DNA of 63,754 nucleotides, the filler included, from Ministeria vibrans ATCC 50519 (Eukaryota > Protista > Filasterea): the NCBI GenBank assembly GCA_943704425.1. It is 14 parts of 14 records of this genome, joined end to end, with 100 filler letters (N's around TTAATTAATTAA, not from the genome) between each part and the next. Parts side by side here need not be neighbours in the genome. Positions count along the whole stretch, not along the records: positions 35,286 to 46,906 come from CALSCP010001933.1; positions 47,007 to 54,680 come from CALSCP010002469.1; 12 more parts are not named here. The stretch is one strand, 5' to 3'. Within the stretch, counting starts at the first letter, position 1; each line of letters begins with the position of its first letter. Both the position numbers and the translations under genes were made by a program. Shown here piece by piece: positions 37,125 through 49,501 of this stretch. Under the pieces are notes generated by a model. The model was given only the letters and a program-made list of their open reading frames with translations. It was not told the origin of the DNA and made no database searches.

Positions 37125-37959
37125 TCATTGCACACAGGCGCCCAGAGACACCTTGTCGTTAGCTTGTGAGACGATTCGCATTGACGTGGCGTCCTTGTCG
37201 CGCACCAACAACCATTGTTGATCTTGCGTTTTCCACGGAAAGTCGTGACACTCGTACAGCAGTGGCGTGGTGCCCACCGAAGGCGATGCGTCGCCCGCAT
37301 CAAGACACAGTTTTCCACACTGAAACTGACCGGAGACCACGTTGAATGCAAAGCGCTGTTCCCCACTCTTCTGTGCACAGTCGGCCAGTGCCAACGAGGG
37401 CGCTGCGGTGTTGGCGTTTGACACGCCCGTGAGACAGAGCGACGAGCCGAGCAGTTGGAGCTGCGACGACTCGGCGAGCATTTGCCAGCGCACGACCATC
37501 TTCTCGTCGGGCGTGTCCACCGGGTACATGGTGAGCACATGGTTGTCGGCTGGGGTGCACAGGGGATATTTGGGTGGGCCACGCGGATCGTCGTTCATGG
37601 GTGTAACATCGCCCGTCTGCACATACCAGCGCAGCAACTGCCGCATTAGATCCGTCTGCAACCCCGAATGTACTCCATCGTCCATCAGATTGTTCAACTC
37701 TCGCGGATCTGCGTGTAAATCGTACAGCTCGCTCTGACCCCGCGGTCTATAGACAAGCTTGTGTGTCGCATTGCGTAGCATGACGGCGCGTGGTGAGCCG
37801 TCCGGATAGTGTTGCATCTCCTCTTTGAATCGCGGGTAGTACATTCCTTTTGGGTTCTCCACAATGCTATGCTGCGATGGGTCATTGGGCTCCATTTCAT
37901 TTGAGTAAAAGCTATAAAGGAGCAAGACGGGAGAAAGGAGTACTGTGAGAGAAAAAATC

Positions 37960-37996
<37 letters not shown>

Positions 37997-40640
37997 CATA
38001 CAAGCCTCCTTCGCTGTAAACAGTGTTATTCGGGTAGGGATGTCCAATGCGATTAAACAGGCGCTCTTTAAAGCTGGTTGCAAACTGGACATGGTTGATG
38101 GTCACGTTGGCAAGGTCAAGTATGGTCGCAAAGGCTAAAGCAATTGCGGAGAGAGAGCAAACAAACAATCAGACATGCGCGGGAAAATTAGAGTGACTGA
38201 CCATCGAATGTGTTGACGGGGGAATCAATACGCTGGGTGGGAGTGCCACCGGGTGTGCGCACTATGAGAGGCACACGTGTCAGCATATCGTCAAGACCAC
38301 CCGGCCACTTCTCAACGAGATGCGCATCGCCCGCAAAGTCGCCTGGAGAGAGAGAGAATAGAGAGGACGGAGAAAGAAACAAAGTGGTAGAAACAGACAG
38401 TGAGAAGCGGACAGTAATAGACAGGCAGTAAGAGACAGAGAAAGACAGAGAAAGACAGAGAGAGACAGAGAGAGACAGAGAAAGACAGAGAAAGAAGAAA
38501 AAAAGAGAGTATGTGTGTGACAGAGAGAACCACACTTGAACAGAGCATATAAAGTGAGAGAAAGTTTTAATAATAATATAGTGAGAAATAATAAGCTACA
38601 CAGAGACCTACCGTGATCGGATGAAACAAGAACTGTAGTCCGATCAGCCAATGCCAACGAATCTATTCCGTTCAAGAGCTCTCCAAAGATCCAATCAGAA
38701 TAAGTAACTCGTCCAAGATAAACACTACAAATATTAATGATGAAGGTTGTTATTCTCTGTTCGAAAATTATTATGAGTACCTGTTGAGCTTGTAAAAGAA
38801 ATCTTCATTGAGAGGATTTAAGTTACGCCAGTGTGGAATACCATCAACGGTACTGTAATAATCGGGCTGGGCAGCGCAATGGGATCCGTATGAGTAGGTG
38901 TGAGATTAACAGTGTGCAAGTGAGATATATGAAAGACGGTGGCATTGCGTGAAAAACAGCGAGTTTGAGTGACGTTGCGCATGAATGACAGTGTGTGAGT
39001 GGCAATGACAGTGAGTAATAGTGAGTGTGAGAATGAATAATTAAGTGTGCTTCTCACTTTGTTTGGGAGTCCGACGGGTCGCAATGGCGATTTCTGTTTG
39101 ATTTGCTGGGGATCATACATTTCATGGTACTCCTTAGGTGCTCCATCTAACCGCAAACGCACGCACACAATACACAGAGACACAAAGATCACAGGGGGAG
39201 AGAGACAGAGAATACACAGTCAGAGTGAAGAGAGATGCGATGGGGTAATGGCCGTACATGGCGGATGTGCCCCCATCCCTGGAATCCAAATCAGAAACGG
39301 CTCGGGGGGAGAGTTTTGCATGAAATTGAGCTAATAGAGAAGAAAAACAACAATACGTAATTAATTTCAGGGTCGCTCTGAAAAGGTGATTCAAAGCGTA
39401 CGGCGTGGATAACTGCAGAGTAATCTCCATTCTTAGTGCTGTTTGGGGCGACGCCGCTGGGATGATCCATGAATGAGTAGTAGCCTACGCCACGCTCGCA
39501 CAGTCATCTCCTTCCTTCTCCTCTCCCCTCCGCTCTCCCTCTCTCTTCGTACCCGAAGTGTTGAACGCATAGGCGTTTCCGCCGTTCGACACCCCAATTT
39601 CGTTGTACCATTCACTCACACTGAGTGGCATTGAGTCTGCGCTCAGCATATCGTTCTTCCCGAGCCACAGAATATGCTGCAGAAGCGCCATTCAGAAGAT
39701 CTCTTCCTTTCCTCTGACTCTTCTTACGTATCCTTCGTCTTTGAGACGACGAAAAAAGTTATCTTCATAGCTCCGCACTAAATGAGTCTGAATAGCCGAG
39801 TGTTATTTTGAGAGTGTTTGTTTGTATCACTCTCAAACTCTCTCTCAAACTGAAACCTAATTAACCCCTCAATCTCAAACTGTCTCTCAAACTCTCTCAA
39901 TCTCAATCTCTCTCTCTCAAACTCTCTCTCAAACTCTCTCTCAAACTCTCTCTCAAACTCTCTCTCGAACTCTCTCTCTCAAACTCTGTTTCAAACTCTC
40001 CATGCCTACCTGAGTCCGATGTCCCAGCACATGCATGTAGCGTCCAGTAATGAGGGCGCATCGGCTGGGCGAACATTGGGTGTGCAGTACGTGTGCGGAA
40101 GTGAAGAGGGTGCCTTCCTTTGCGAAGCGATCGTAGCTGGAAGGGGAGAGAGAGACGGAGGGTATGACACGCTGCCGACTGATACACTGCCGACAGACCA
40201 GCTTGGGGCGAAGTAAGGCGCAACAAGAACGTCAACAAACAACAAACAAGCGAAGTTATGGACACAATTCAACCCATTTCAAACGGATGCCGCTCGCTTC
40301 CACTCTCTATCGTGAAACTGTACGTGAGCCTTACAGTGACTGGTGCAATGGACAGTCAAGAAGAGTCCCCGAGTGCGTTTGTCGACACAAAACGCACATT
40401 ATCACATTCAAACACTCAAAAAGTGTCCCTCTTGACGTGTTTCTCTCATCCACCCCCGGCATACTTTGGCGTCTTGGCTATCGGATGTCCATATACACCA
40501 AGAGACTCAGCGCGCGTTTCGTCTGGGAAGTAAAAGACAAAATTTGGCCGAGTGTCATTTGCGGCTCGCCTGATCCCATGCAAGGGCCGCCCCGCAACGA
40601 CTCCACTTGCAACGGCAATGGCGAAGAATACCATCAACAT
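37125..40640 (-). CDS. Secreted Cys-type sulfatase (bacterial-like family) with C-terminal ricin-B lectin domain, multi-exon
   Basis: PNFVFYFPDETRAESLGVYGHP, TQCSPSRCALITGRY, WLGKND, SSDHG|DFAGD, SELYDLHADPRELNNL; then LCLT...LADC...QRF, LCLDAG...LYECH...QQW (beta-trefoil). Confidence 0.92.
39830..40000. repeat. Intronic 12-bp repeat (tctctctcaaac)n
   Basis: Direct reading. Confidence 0.85.
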
Positions 40641-41238
40641 GGCGATCAAAATAATAATAATTATTATTAGGAATAAATGAAGTCGAAAAGATTATTATTA
40701 ATGATTGTTCATAAATCGGTTTTCTGTTTCAGTTTAATAATAACTATCAGCATTAATAAATGGGTTGTATTCTTCTTCTTCATAACTATCAGCTTCTTCT
40801 TCTCAAACCAAACCGAATATTCGTTTCCATTGCTCTTGCTCGCGCTGGCAAACGCAGTGACGTCTGTTGTATGACACAGTCAGGCAGTAACGACGTCTCC
40901 ATCTTGTGACAGGAAACGCAAAGTGGGCGGAGATTCGACAGAGATCGCATCACAGGAGGTTTAACAGCGTTTGGTGTATTCGAAGTGTATTCACGGTGTA
41001 TTTTAGACATGTCTTTGTTTCGATTAGAATGCGAGAAAAATTGGTGGATACTGAATCAACAAGAGCTATTTGTGGCGGATCATCCTAAAATTGATTAAGA
41101 GCGAGTGTTGAAAGAGACTAATTATTGCAGTAATTGAGATGGTCTGAATCAAAAACGAAAAACAAAAACAACAACATAATAATAATAATAATAATACAAA
41201 AGCAAACTACTCCGTATCCTAGGGGTAGATAAGCTAAA

Positions 41239-42834
41239 TTAAAGCAATATTTTTGCAATGAAGATTTCGGACACGGTTGATTGACGGGTGCGAAACAGGT
41301 TGCCGCCAGTGGTGCCAGCGACAAGTAGCGTTGAGCCAAACTTGGCAACGGCCTGACCAGCGTCGCTCTCGTTGGTGCCAATGAGGCGACTCGACGTGAT
41401 ACTGCCCGCTGCATCGTAGTAAACCAGCACGGCATCGGTGCTACCGCCAAGATAAGCGTGATTCAGGATGGTCCCTTCCGTATACCCAAATGCGATGGAT
41501 GTATCATCACCGTAGCTAACACCGCTGTGCAACCGACTTCCCGCAGAGCCAATTGTCTCGGTACGCCAGCGGAACGCACCCGTTGTCTTGTCGTACTGCG
41601 TCGCAAACAAATTCGTTGTTGGGTTTCGCTCTGTGAATCCGGCACACGTGACATAATTGTCGGAGGTCGAAACACCTCTGTTCATGTAGCTATTGATTCC
41701 CGCCTCCATCTGAGTGAATAGTCGCGTCTTCGCCGTGGTATACTTCATCAGGAGCACGTCATAGCCACCAACATGCGGCTCTCCATCGAGACCAAGGTCG
41801 GCGTAGCCTGCGACGTAGACTCCGGTCGAGTCGGTCACCACAGCGTTCAATCGCTCATGGCCGCCACTATTACCACGCTGCATGGTCCACTCGTGCGTGC
41901 CGTTTGAATCGAATTTTAGAATGAAGAGATCGCGATAGCCCTGGTGACTGCTTGACAGAGGCATTACACCGCGTGATGCACCAACAACAAACACCTCTTC
42001 GGCCGCGTTCACTGCAATGCCATCAACATCATCTTCACTCGAGGTTCTTGGGTTCGAACTTGAAGCCGTGTTAGGGCCGACCGAACCAAGCTGTCGAGCC
42101 CAGACAATTGTTCCGTCGCTTGTTGTCACCTTCATAACAACCGCATCATTGAGACCCGCATTAGAAGTGTTTGCAGGAATAAAAGATCCGGACGTCTGCC
42201 CGCATACGTAGGCGTGTTTGCCATCGTCGGCAACAGCAATGCCGGTGAAAGTCGTGACGCCAGAATCAGTCATGTTATATTCGCGTTTCCACTCGACAGC
42301 ACCGTTTTTGCTTATTTTCGTTATGGCCGGCACGGCCCACGACTCTCTGTATGCAACAAAAACTGCTCCGTTCATATCCAAGTCCATCGCATTTGGAGAT
42401 AGACTCTGACCGTTTGCAGGATCGGAAGTCAACTGCAGAGTCCAGATGTAATCGCCTGGGACAAGAGCACTCTCGCAGCTGGAACCAGTCCACGAATCCG
42501 GACAGTCGCAATGAAAACCTCCAACCGCACTAGTCGAAGAACAGCTTCCACCGTTCTGGCACGGGCTGGAAGAGCACAAACCACACGCACACGCCTCAAG
42601 AGCAAGAGACGCCGCCATTATGCGAGTCTCAATCTCATCGAATTGCAGCTGCATTTCAGCGTTGGTAAGCGCCTTCTCCCCCTTGATGTAAATATCACCA
42701 GTGGACAGGACTGACCCATTGACGAGTGGCATTAAGACCAAGTTGCCATCGTCATTCACAATCTCCGCATACTGCGCTTGAACCGACGTCAACGCAAGGA
42801 AGAATGTCACAATATACAACTCCTGTCGCATCAT
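41239..42834 (-). CDS. Secreted intronless protein: cubilin-N-like segment + coiled coil + EGF + SBBP-type beta-propeller
   Basis: Signal peptide; DDGNLVL...GDIYIKG; helical segment; CSSSPCQNGGSC...CDCPDSWTGSSC; repeats such as DLFILKFDSNGTHEWTMQRG, DVLLMKYTTAKTRLFT, GIAVNAAEEVFVVGAS. Confidence 0.85.
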   Translation of the reverse strand: MMRQELYIVTFFLALTSVQAQYAEIVNDDGNLVLMPLVNGSVLSTGDIYIKGEKALTNAEMQLQFDEIETRIMAASLALEACACGLCSSSPCQNGGSCSSTSAVGGFHCDCPDSWTGSSCESALVPGDYIWTLQLTSDPANGQSLSPNAMDLDMNGAVFVAYRESWAVPAITKISKNGAVEWKREYNMTDSGVTTFTGIAVADDGKHAYVCGQTSGSFIPANTSNAGLNDAVVMKVTTSDGTIVWARQLGSVGPNTASSSNPRTSSEDDVDGIAVNAAEEVFVVGASRGVMPLSSSHQGYRDLFILKFDSNGTHEWTMQRGNSGGHERLNAVVTDSTGVYVAGYADLGLDGEPHVGGYDVLLMKYTTAKTRLFTQMEAGINSYMNRGVSTSDNYVTCAGFTERNPTTNLFATQYDKTTGAFRWRTETIGSAGSRLHSGVSYGDDTSIAFGYTEGTILNHAYLGGSTDAVLVYYDAAGSITSSRLIGTNESDAGQAVAKFGSTLLVAGTTGGNLFRTRQSTVSEIFIAKILL

Positions 42835-43866
42835 GTGTTCTGGGGGCTGGGTGTGGAAATTAGAATATGAAGATTAGACTTATACGACGGAGAAAATTAA
42901 ATTATATTAACGGAAAGTCGGAAACAATCAGGAAAATAATATCCCCCTCCCCCTGGCCGCGCAGCTGCTCGGCCCCTATGACATAATTTATCCGGCCGGA
43001 ATTTCCCATGGTTTTTTGTTTCAAAAAGCAAAAAAGGGACAAAAAAGAACCCTATCGCCTGCAAAGTCGCCCCCGCACGACCACACAAACCAGAAATGCA
43101 TGAATATCATCAGGCATGCGCCAATGAAGGCATGACACGAAAGATAGCAAGCTTTCCCACGTTCAATCGTCAGGCGAGAAATTCGCGAGCAATACGTTCG
43201 CGTAACGTTCTAACTACGTTCTCCCTACGTTCCGCCTACGTTTCCCTTCTCGGACAGGAAATGCGCCCATATGCTTGCGGGTGAACTCTTTCACTCGCTT
43301 TGATTCCTCACTTGCGTCCAACTCAAGCATCACCTTCCGCTTGGCAATTTATGAAACAAGTCCGAAGAGAGCACAAACTAAATCGTCCGAGCGGCCCCAA
43401 ACGCCCTCAACCCCTCTCAACAATAACCTCACAACACATGGTTGCTTACTGTTGTTTGCTGGTGTTCAGAGAGTGCAGAAATCCTCAGGCAAGAGCGAGA
43501 AAAACGAAAATCTGTGATTTTTCACAAGTAGGGAGTATCTGATTTCGGAAAATTGAAATAATACCAAACAGGAGACGAAAGTTGTAGGTACCCTTAAAAT
43601 ATTACTGTTTATTATTAGTGGTTTCTAAGTAAAGCAAAACTGAAACCGTCAACCCGATCATATTTTATTTTTATTTCTTATGCAACCGCAAAACGAGACC
43701 GTCAGCCAGAGCAGCTCCAAACCACCACTAACCCTCCTTATAGCAGCGCCTGAAGAAAGAGAATTAGAGAGAGAACACAAAACGGATTGGCAATCGACAA
43801 AGCGAGACGGAGAGAAAAGAACAACCGCCGCTAAAAAAAAATTACAACAAACCCATCTTCAACTTT

Positions 43867-46653
43867 TTACACTTTCTTCTTCTCGAACCAACTTCGAATG
43901 TCCCCCACCCCGTGTGCCCATTGCTCTCGCTCGCGCTGTCGAACTCGGTCACGCAGCAACGCTGTCTCCGTCTCGTGACAGGGAACACAAAGTGTGCGGA
44001 GATTCGATAGATCACATTCACCTCCTCCCTCACTCACAGGAAGAATCTATGGAATGTATACAATAAAATAGTGCTTTCAGTGTCAAACATCTATGCAAAA
44101 AAAAAATATATTATCGCACGTACGTGATCCGCCTGCCAAAACTGACCCGCTGTTGGTTCGGTCACAATACGCTCCTGTTGCTTGGTCGTGAGACGCGCAA
44201 AGGAGGTCTGTTGCAGAGCAACGCGCCGTGCTGAGTGCGACAGCGAACACACACGCTCACAGAGTGCGTGCGCATCCAACCCACACACACGACAGATGCC
44301 TCGCTCAAGCGTGAACAGCTGCTTACGAATTGCCGACGAGCTTGTGCGCAAACGTGTTGCCTGACGACACTCGTGAGAGCAGTAGAGCACACCGGAAGGG
44401 ACCATGACCCGACCACAAGCGCGACAAGTACCCTCCTCTGTTGAGGCACCCACCGTCGTCCGCGTTTGCGTGACGGAATACCGCTCAAACGACGCCACAT
44501 GTTCACTGTGGGTGCGTTCACGCAGCGCCTCGACAGCCCTCGCAAGCGACTCACACGTATACCGTTCCGTACCCTTCGCCATCAATCCCAGACGCTCCAC
44601 CGCAGTCAGTTTGCGCCATGCACGCACAAACCGCACATCAGCGGGGAGTCTAGCCTCCTCCACCTTACACACACGCACAGCAGATGACAACGACACATTG
44701 TCGTCGGCCGCAGTCAAAAACACGTGCAACAAGTCCGTGTGTGCACTCACATAATAATACGCTTCTTCTTCTTCTTCTTCCTCTTCCTCTTCCTCTTCTT
44801 CAATCACAATCACTTCAGTCTCCTCTATCCGTCTGCGCTTCTTCTCCTTCTCTACCTTTACGCTTTTCTTCGCCGACTTGCACATTGCACATCGTAGCAC
44901 AGCACTCGCATTGGCGAACGTACACACACTACACTCCCACTCGCTCAATGACACATCATCAACCCGCCGCTTCGTCAAGAACGACCGCACATCGGGTGTC
45001 CCGCATGCAACTGGCAAGTTGCGCGGTGGTACCACATCCGCACCGGCGTGTGTTCCAGCCACACGCAAAGCCTCCTCTGAGGCAGCCCACAGTCGACACT
45101 CACGAAATATTCCCCGTGTACTCGCTTCCCCTTCGCCCTCGTGCTCCTTCTCCCTATCTGCCTCCGTCTCTTTCTCGTCAACCGCCAATCTCCCCTTTGT
45201 CTGATCCAGAATGGTGCCTACCACACGCAGTTTGCGATCGAGCAAAGGCCACAGAATCTCATCAAGTGTGCCCTCGGCCACAAGAAAGTGCACATTGACC
45301 GAGGCGTGCTGGCCAATGCGATGCGCGCGGTCCTCCGCCTGAACCAACACCGAGGGAGTCCAGTGCAACTCTCCAAACACAACCTGGTCGGCGGCCGTCA
45401 GCGTGATCCCTTGACCACACGCAAGCAGCGACAGTACTGCCACACGCACACCACTCGAGGGCGACTGGAAACGTCGCACAAGCTCGTGTCGTTCGGTGGC
45501 AGGCGTGCCACCGTGAATGAGAATCGCCGACTGACTGTCGCGCAACAGCGCCGTGTGCACGGCCTCAAGCACCCCACGGTGGTGCGCAAACACAAGAAAC
45601 TTCGTCGTGGGCGCACTGTTTCGCACTGCATCCAGCACGTAGGCGGCCGCCGCGACACTCTTGTGCTCGCCAGTGCGTTGGTAGCACTTTGAGAACGCCT
45701 GAAAGACTCGGCCGTACTCGTCACTGCCCTTTAGCACCTCGCGCAGTCGCTTCATTTCGTCGCGCATCGTCGCGTCTGAAGCGGCGCTGGTGCCTTCAAG
45801 ACGCACCCGCTGCCGTCGTTTCGCCGGCAACTCCGTCAGCACGTCCGCCTTGCGTCGACGCACCATAAGCGGCGTAAGACGTGTGTGCAACTCATCGAGA
45901 TGGCTGGCACCACGCGTGTCCCAGCCAAATCGACCGCGATGGGCGTTGCAGTAGCGCTTAGCAAATTCATTGAATGTGCCAAAGACGCCCGGATGAAGCG
46001 CATCCAGTTGTACATAGAGCTCTTCGGGGCGCGAGAGTGCGGGCGTGCCTGAGAGCAGCAAAAGACGACGCGCCGACTGCAGGAGCGGAAGGAGCGCCGC
46101 CGTGCGCTTCGCCTTGCGATTCTTCAAGTAGTGCGACTCGTCCACAATGACAGTGGGGAAAGCACGGGCGCACAAGCGTGCGTTCATGGCTGGCATACTG
46201 GCGAGAGCGTACGACACTATCACCAGACGGGCATTGGCCAGCGGTACGACGTCTGTGCCCGACCGTACCACGTGCACCTGTGCCGGTAGTAGGTTGAGCC
46301 AGCGATAGGCCTCGTCGGCCCACTGGTAGCGCACTGAGCTAAGAGAGAGAGAGAGAGAGAGAGTGTGTGTGTGTGTGTGTCACAACACACACAATCCTCA
46401 TTGTACATCGTTACCTTGGCACCACCACAAGGACAGGCCAGTCGTGCGCGTACATCTTGGCCGTGACAAGAGCCTGCACGGTCTTGCCCAGGCCCATGTC
46501 GTCGGCAAGAAGACAGCGGCCGCCCATGGCGACAATGCGCTTGATTCCGTCCAGCTGGAAGGGCAGCAGCGGAAGCGACAGAATCGCCGCCATGTCCGCC
46601 ACGCCCCTCTCGTCTTCGGGCGGTCTAGTGTGTGTCGAAGCGTGCGCCATCAT
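43867..46653 (-). CDS. ZRANB3: ZRANB3 annealing helicase/endonuclease (SNF2 ATPase, PIP-like box, NZF, HNH, APIM-like tail)
   Basis: LADDMGLGKT, DESH, LSGTPALSRP, QAEDRAHRIGQ, DVRSFL, WECSVCTFAN...CAMC, WQADH|ILPVSEGGGECDLSNLRTLCVPCH, GDIRSWFEKKKV*. Confidence 0.95.
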
Positions 46654-47039
46654 GGTGGCAGGAGGAAGAGGCGAAAGAGAAGAATAGAGTTAAAACTTAA
46701 ATCTGAAATTCTGAATCACCAATTCGATTTATCGTAAGCTGAACTCAATAATAAATATTATTATTATTATAATAATTGGACAAAAATAAGATTATATTAT
46801 TACAAGTCGATGGACGTGAAGGAGCCCTCAGGCACTGACGCAGACGCATCATGATTTGAATTGAGATGGAGGGTGTCGCTGAAGTGAGCATGCCGGACGG
46901 CAGTAGNNNNNNNNNNNNNNNNNNNNNNNNNNNNNNNNNNNNNNNNNNNNTTAATTAATTAANNNNNNNNNNNNNNNNNNNNNNNNNNNNNNNNNNNNNN
47001 NNNNNNGGGGGGGGGCGAGAGAGAGACAGACAGACAAAC

Positions 47040-47135
47040 CTGTAACCCTGGATGGGGAACATTGGGCGGTGCTCCTGGCTCGCGGACGAGTTCCTTGTCA
47101 AAGAACATGAATCGACGCCATTGGATGAGCGCCAT
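47040..47135 (-). CDS. VPS11: Vacuolar protein sorting 11, first exon
   Basis: MALIQWRRFMFFDKELVREP matches the VPS11 N-terminus (QWRRFVFFDKELVKEP). Confidence 0.85.
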
Positions 47136-47340
47136 TGTGAGTGAGTGAGTTGCGAATTCGAGATCAATAAAAATGAATATCAATTATCAAAATTGTTTCA
47201 CACACACACACAGTTTTTTCAATTTTTTATTATATTCACATTTTATTCGTCTCGTCAGCACATTTTTTTGACCTGGCTGCTTCATAATTGTTTTAAGAGC
47301 TAACCCTAACCCCAAAGGGAACACATTCACATTCACGTTG

Positions 47341-48470
47341 ATGAGAGAAACTCCTTCTATTCACGTCGACCTGGCGGAGGACACGAAAGCGCTGGAGCTG
47401 TTCCCTCAAATCCGCCGCTACAACAAGGGAGCTCTCATCAGCTGCTCTGAAATTTCGGGGGTGAATGCGACTGGTGAGAATAGCAGTGCTTTGTTGGATG
47501 AGTCGAGTTTTTCCTCCAGATATTTAGCCTATGATCATCGAGCTTTTGAGGTGACCCTCAGTGTACTGAGTCACACCATCAAGAGCGAGGCCGGCGCCGA
47601 CGCCATGCTCTGTGCGACCCTCGGGGAAAACGATGGACAATTTGTCAACGTCATGAAAACTTTGTTCCCTGGTTCTTTCTTCTTTTCCGACGTATTCCAC
47701 CGCCAAGTGCAAAAGGAGGTGACTGCGCGTCAGGGAGCAGCAGGTCTGCCCGGCAATATTGTGCCCGAGGTCCCGATGGCAATCATCCGCAAACTGCATC
47801 TGGCACTGGGAGAGCATGTCCGCGCCCATGGCGCGCACCGTGGACGCCGTCAAGGATGCGGCCGCCCGGCTGCTCGTGGAGCCCATGAAGGAGGCGCCTC
47901 AGCTGCACCGTCTTGTCAGTGCCACCGTCGACGAATACCTGCGGACCCAACACGAGCTGGCCTCACAGCGCACGGCCGATCTGCTCGACTGGGAGTCCAC
48001 TGTGCTCACGCGTAACCACTACTTTATGGACACGGTGCAGAGTATGCGCAAGCATCTCCTTGAGACGCCCAAAGCAGGCGAGCAATCGAATGCCTACACA
48101 CGCTTCCCTTTCTCACCAACAACAGCCTGCAGAAACTGCGTGCTATGAGCAACGAGGATCAGCGCATTCTCGACCTCCAGATTGAGATTTACTCATACTG
48201 GAAGACCATGCTGAAGCGCCTCATTGACTATGTAGCGCTTGCAACGCGCACGTATGTTGCGCGCCAGCCTATTAGCGACGGTGGGCTGCGGTGCGCCGTG
48301 GAACAGGCCGTGGAACAGGCAGCACAGCACACAGCGCAGCGCGACAGCTCACAAAATGGACTGTTGTCCCTTATGCGCCCATCGTCCGAGAAGCGCTGTG
48401 CGTACGAGACGCTCAAGCTAGCCTTCAGAACCTCAAAGTGGCGATGGGATTGCTTGATGAGCACCGTTGA
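47341..48470 (+). pseudogene. Mx/dynamin-like stalk + GED fragment with at least 3 frameshifts and no GTPase domain
   Basis: RQGAAGLPG, E..VLTRNHYF, SNEDQ...YSYWKTMLKRLIDYV, LLSLM, and the final helix ASLQNLKVAMGLL are in different frames (shifts ~47800, ~48120, ~48390). Confidence 0.75.
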
Positions 48471-48516
48471 AGAAGCGTAATAAACATTCTATAGCTGTTG
48501 CTTTACACATTGCACA

Positions 48517-49376
48517 TTACTCGACGAGAGGCCCGATGTACTCGGTGCGAGGGTATCGTTTCACCAGGTCGGGCCACATGACAACAAAACGATCGACAAA
48601 GGGGTAGAGGAGACGACCGGCCAGCGAAAGGCTCTTGACACGACAGATGCTCTCCACGTACACCAGCTGAATGTGTTTGATTCCAAGCAAACGAGGAACG
48701 TAGGCAGCAACACAGATGGGAACACAAGTGCCAGGTCCGTTGCACAGGATCACATCGGGCAGTGAACCGCGCAGGAGTACTACAAATGCAGAGAGAGAAG
48801 ATGATCAACAAGAAGGCCTTTTTAGATTGGATGGGATACCAAGAAAGCTGTGGACTAGAGCAACTGATGAGGTGAGTGCAGAGGAGGACCATGACTGGGC
48901 GACTTCGCGGCTGCGAGGGATGCGCTGGATTGTGTACTGGGGAGGGGCAAGAGAGGGCGTCAGGCTGACTCCCGTCAAGTGTGTCTGTCTTACGCTGCAC
49001 TCGTCCGCGCTGGAGGTGTCCTTCTCAAACGCCTCAACCTTGGACAGCGATGTGCTGTCGCTCGACGCGACAACGTAGGTGCGGGGCGTGTAGCGGGTCC
49101 GCGGGAGGGCGCGCAGCAGACTGAACATTTCCATGGTGTGTCCCCCTGCAAGACACACGCCCGCAACGACACGCGTTTGAGGCAGTGTCCACACCCCCCT
49201 GCATTGCACTGTGTGTGGCTCGTCGTACCGCTTCCAAGGACAATCAGAGTCGATGTTTTCTCGTGAGTGCCTTTCTTTCGCTGCGGTCTTCCCGCGCCAC
49301 TGCGAATGGCCGGGACGACCCACGCGATTCGGATCACCAGCAGCGCAGTGATGAGAAACACTATTAACACAATCAT
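48517..49376 (-). CDS. ALG14: UDP-GlcNAc transferase subunit ALG14, 3 introns
   Basis: IVLGS|GGHTMEM, IPRSREVAQS, ILCNGPGTCVP, YVESICRVKSLSLAG. Confidence 0.96.
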
Positions 49377-49501
49377 CAAACAAAATTGTGAATGATTTAT
49401 GATTGAAATTTGAAGCAAACGCGTTGAGTTGGCACTTCAAAGTTCAGATCAGACATTTTTCACATTCAAACCAAAAAAATAATAAATATAAAGTTTTTGA
49501 C

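Noticed and set aside
43585-43597. GGTACCCTTAA (and TTAAGGTACC at ~54139) as TTAA-type DNA transposon ends; TACGTT repeats at 43190-43245
   Set aside because: No matching inverted partner or transposase found in the same contig.
46810-46906. Possible MORN-repeat gene start (MEGVAEVSMPDGS)
   Set aside because: Only 13 codons before the contig end; insufficient evidence.
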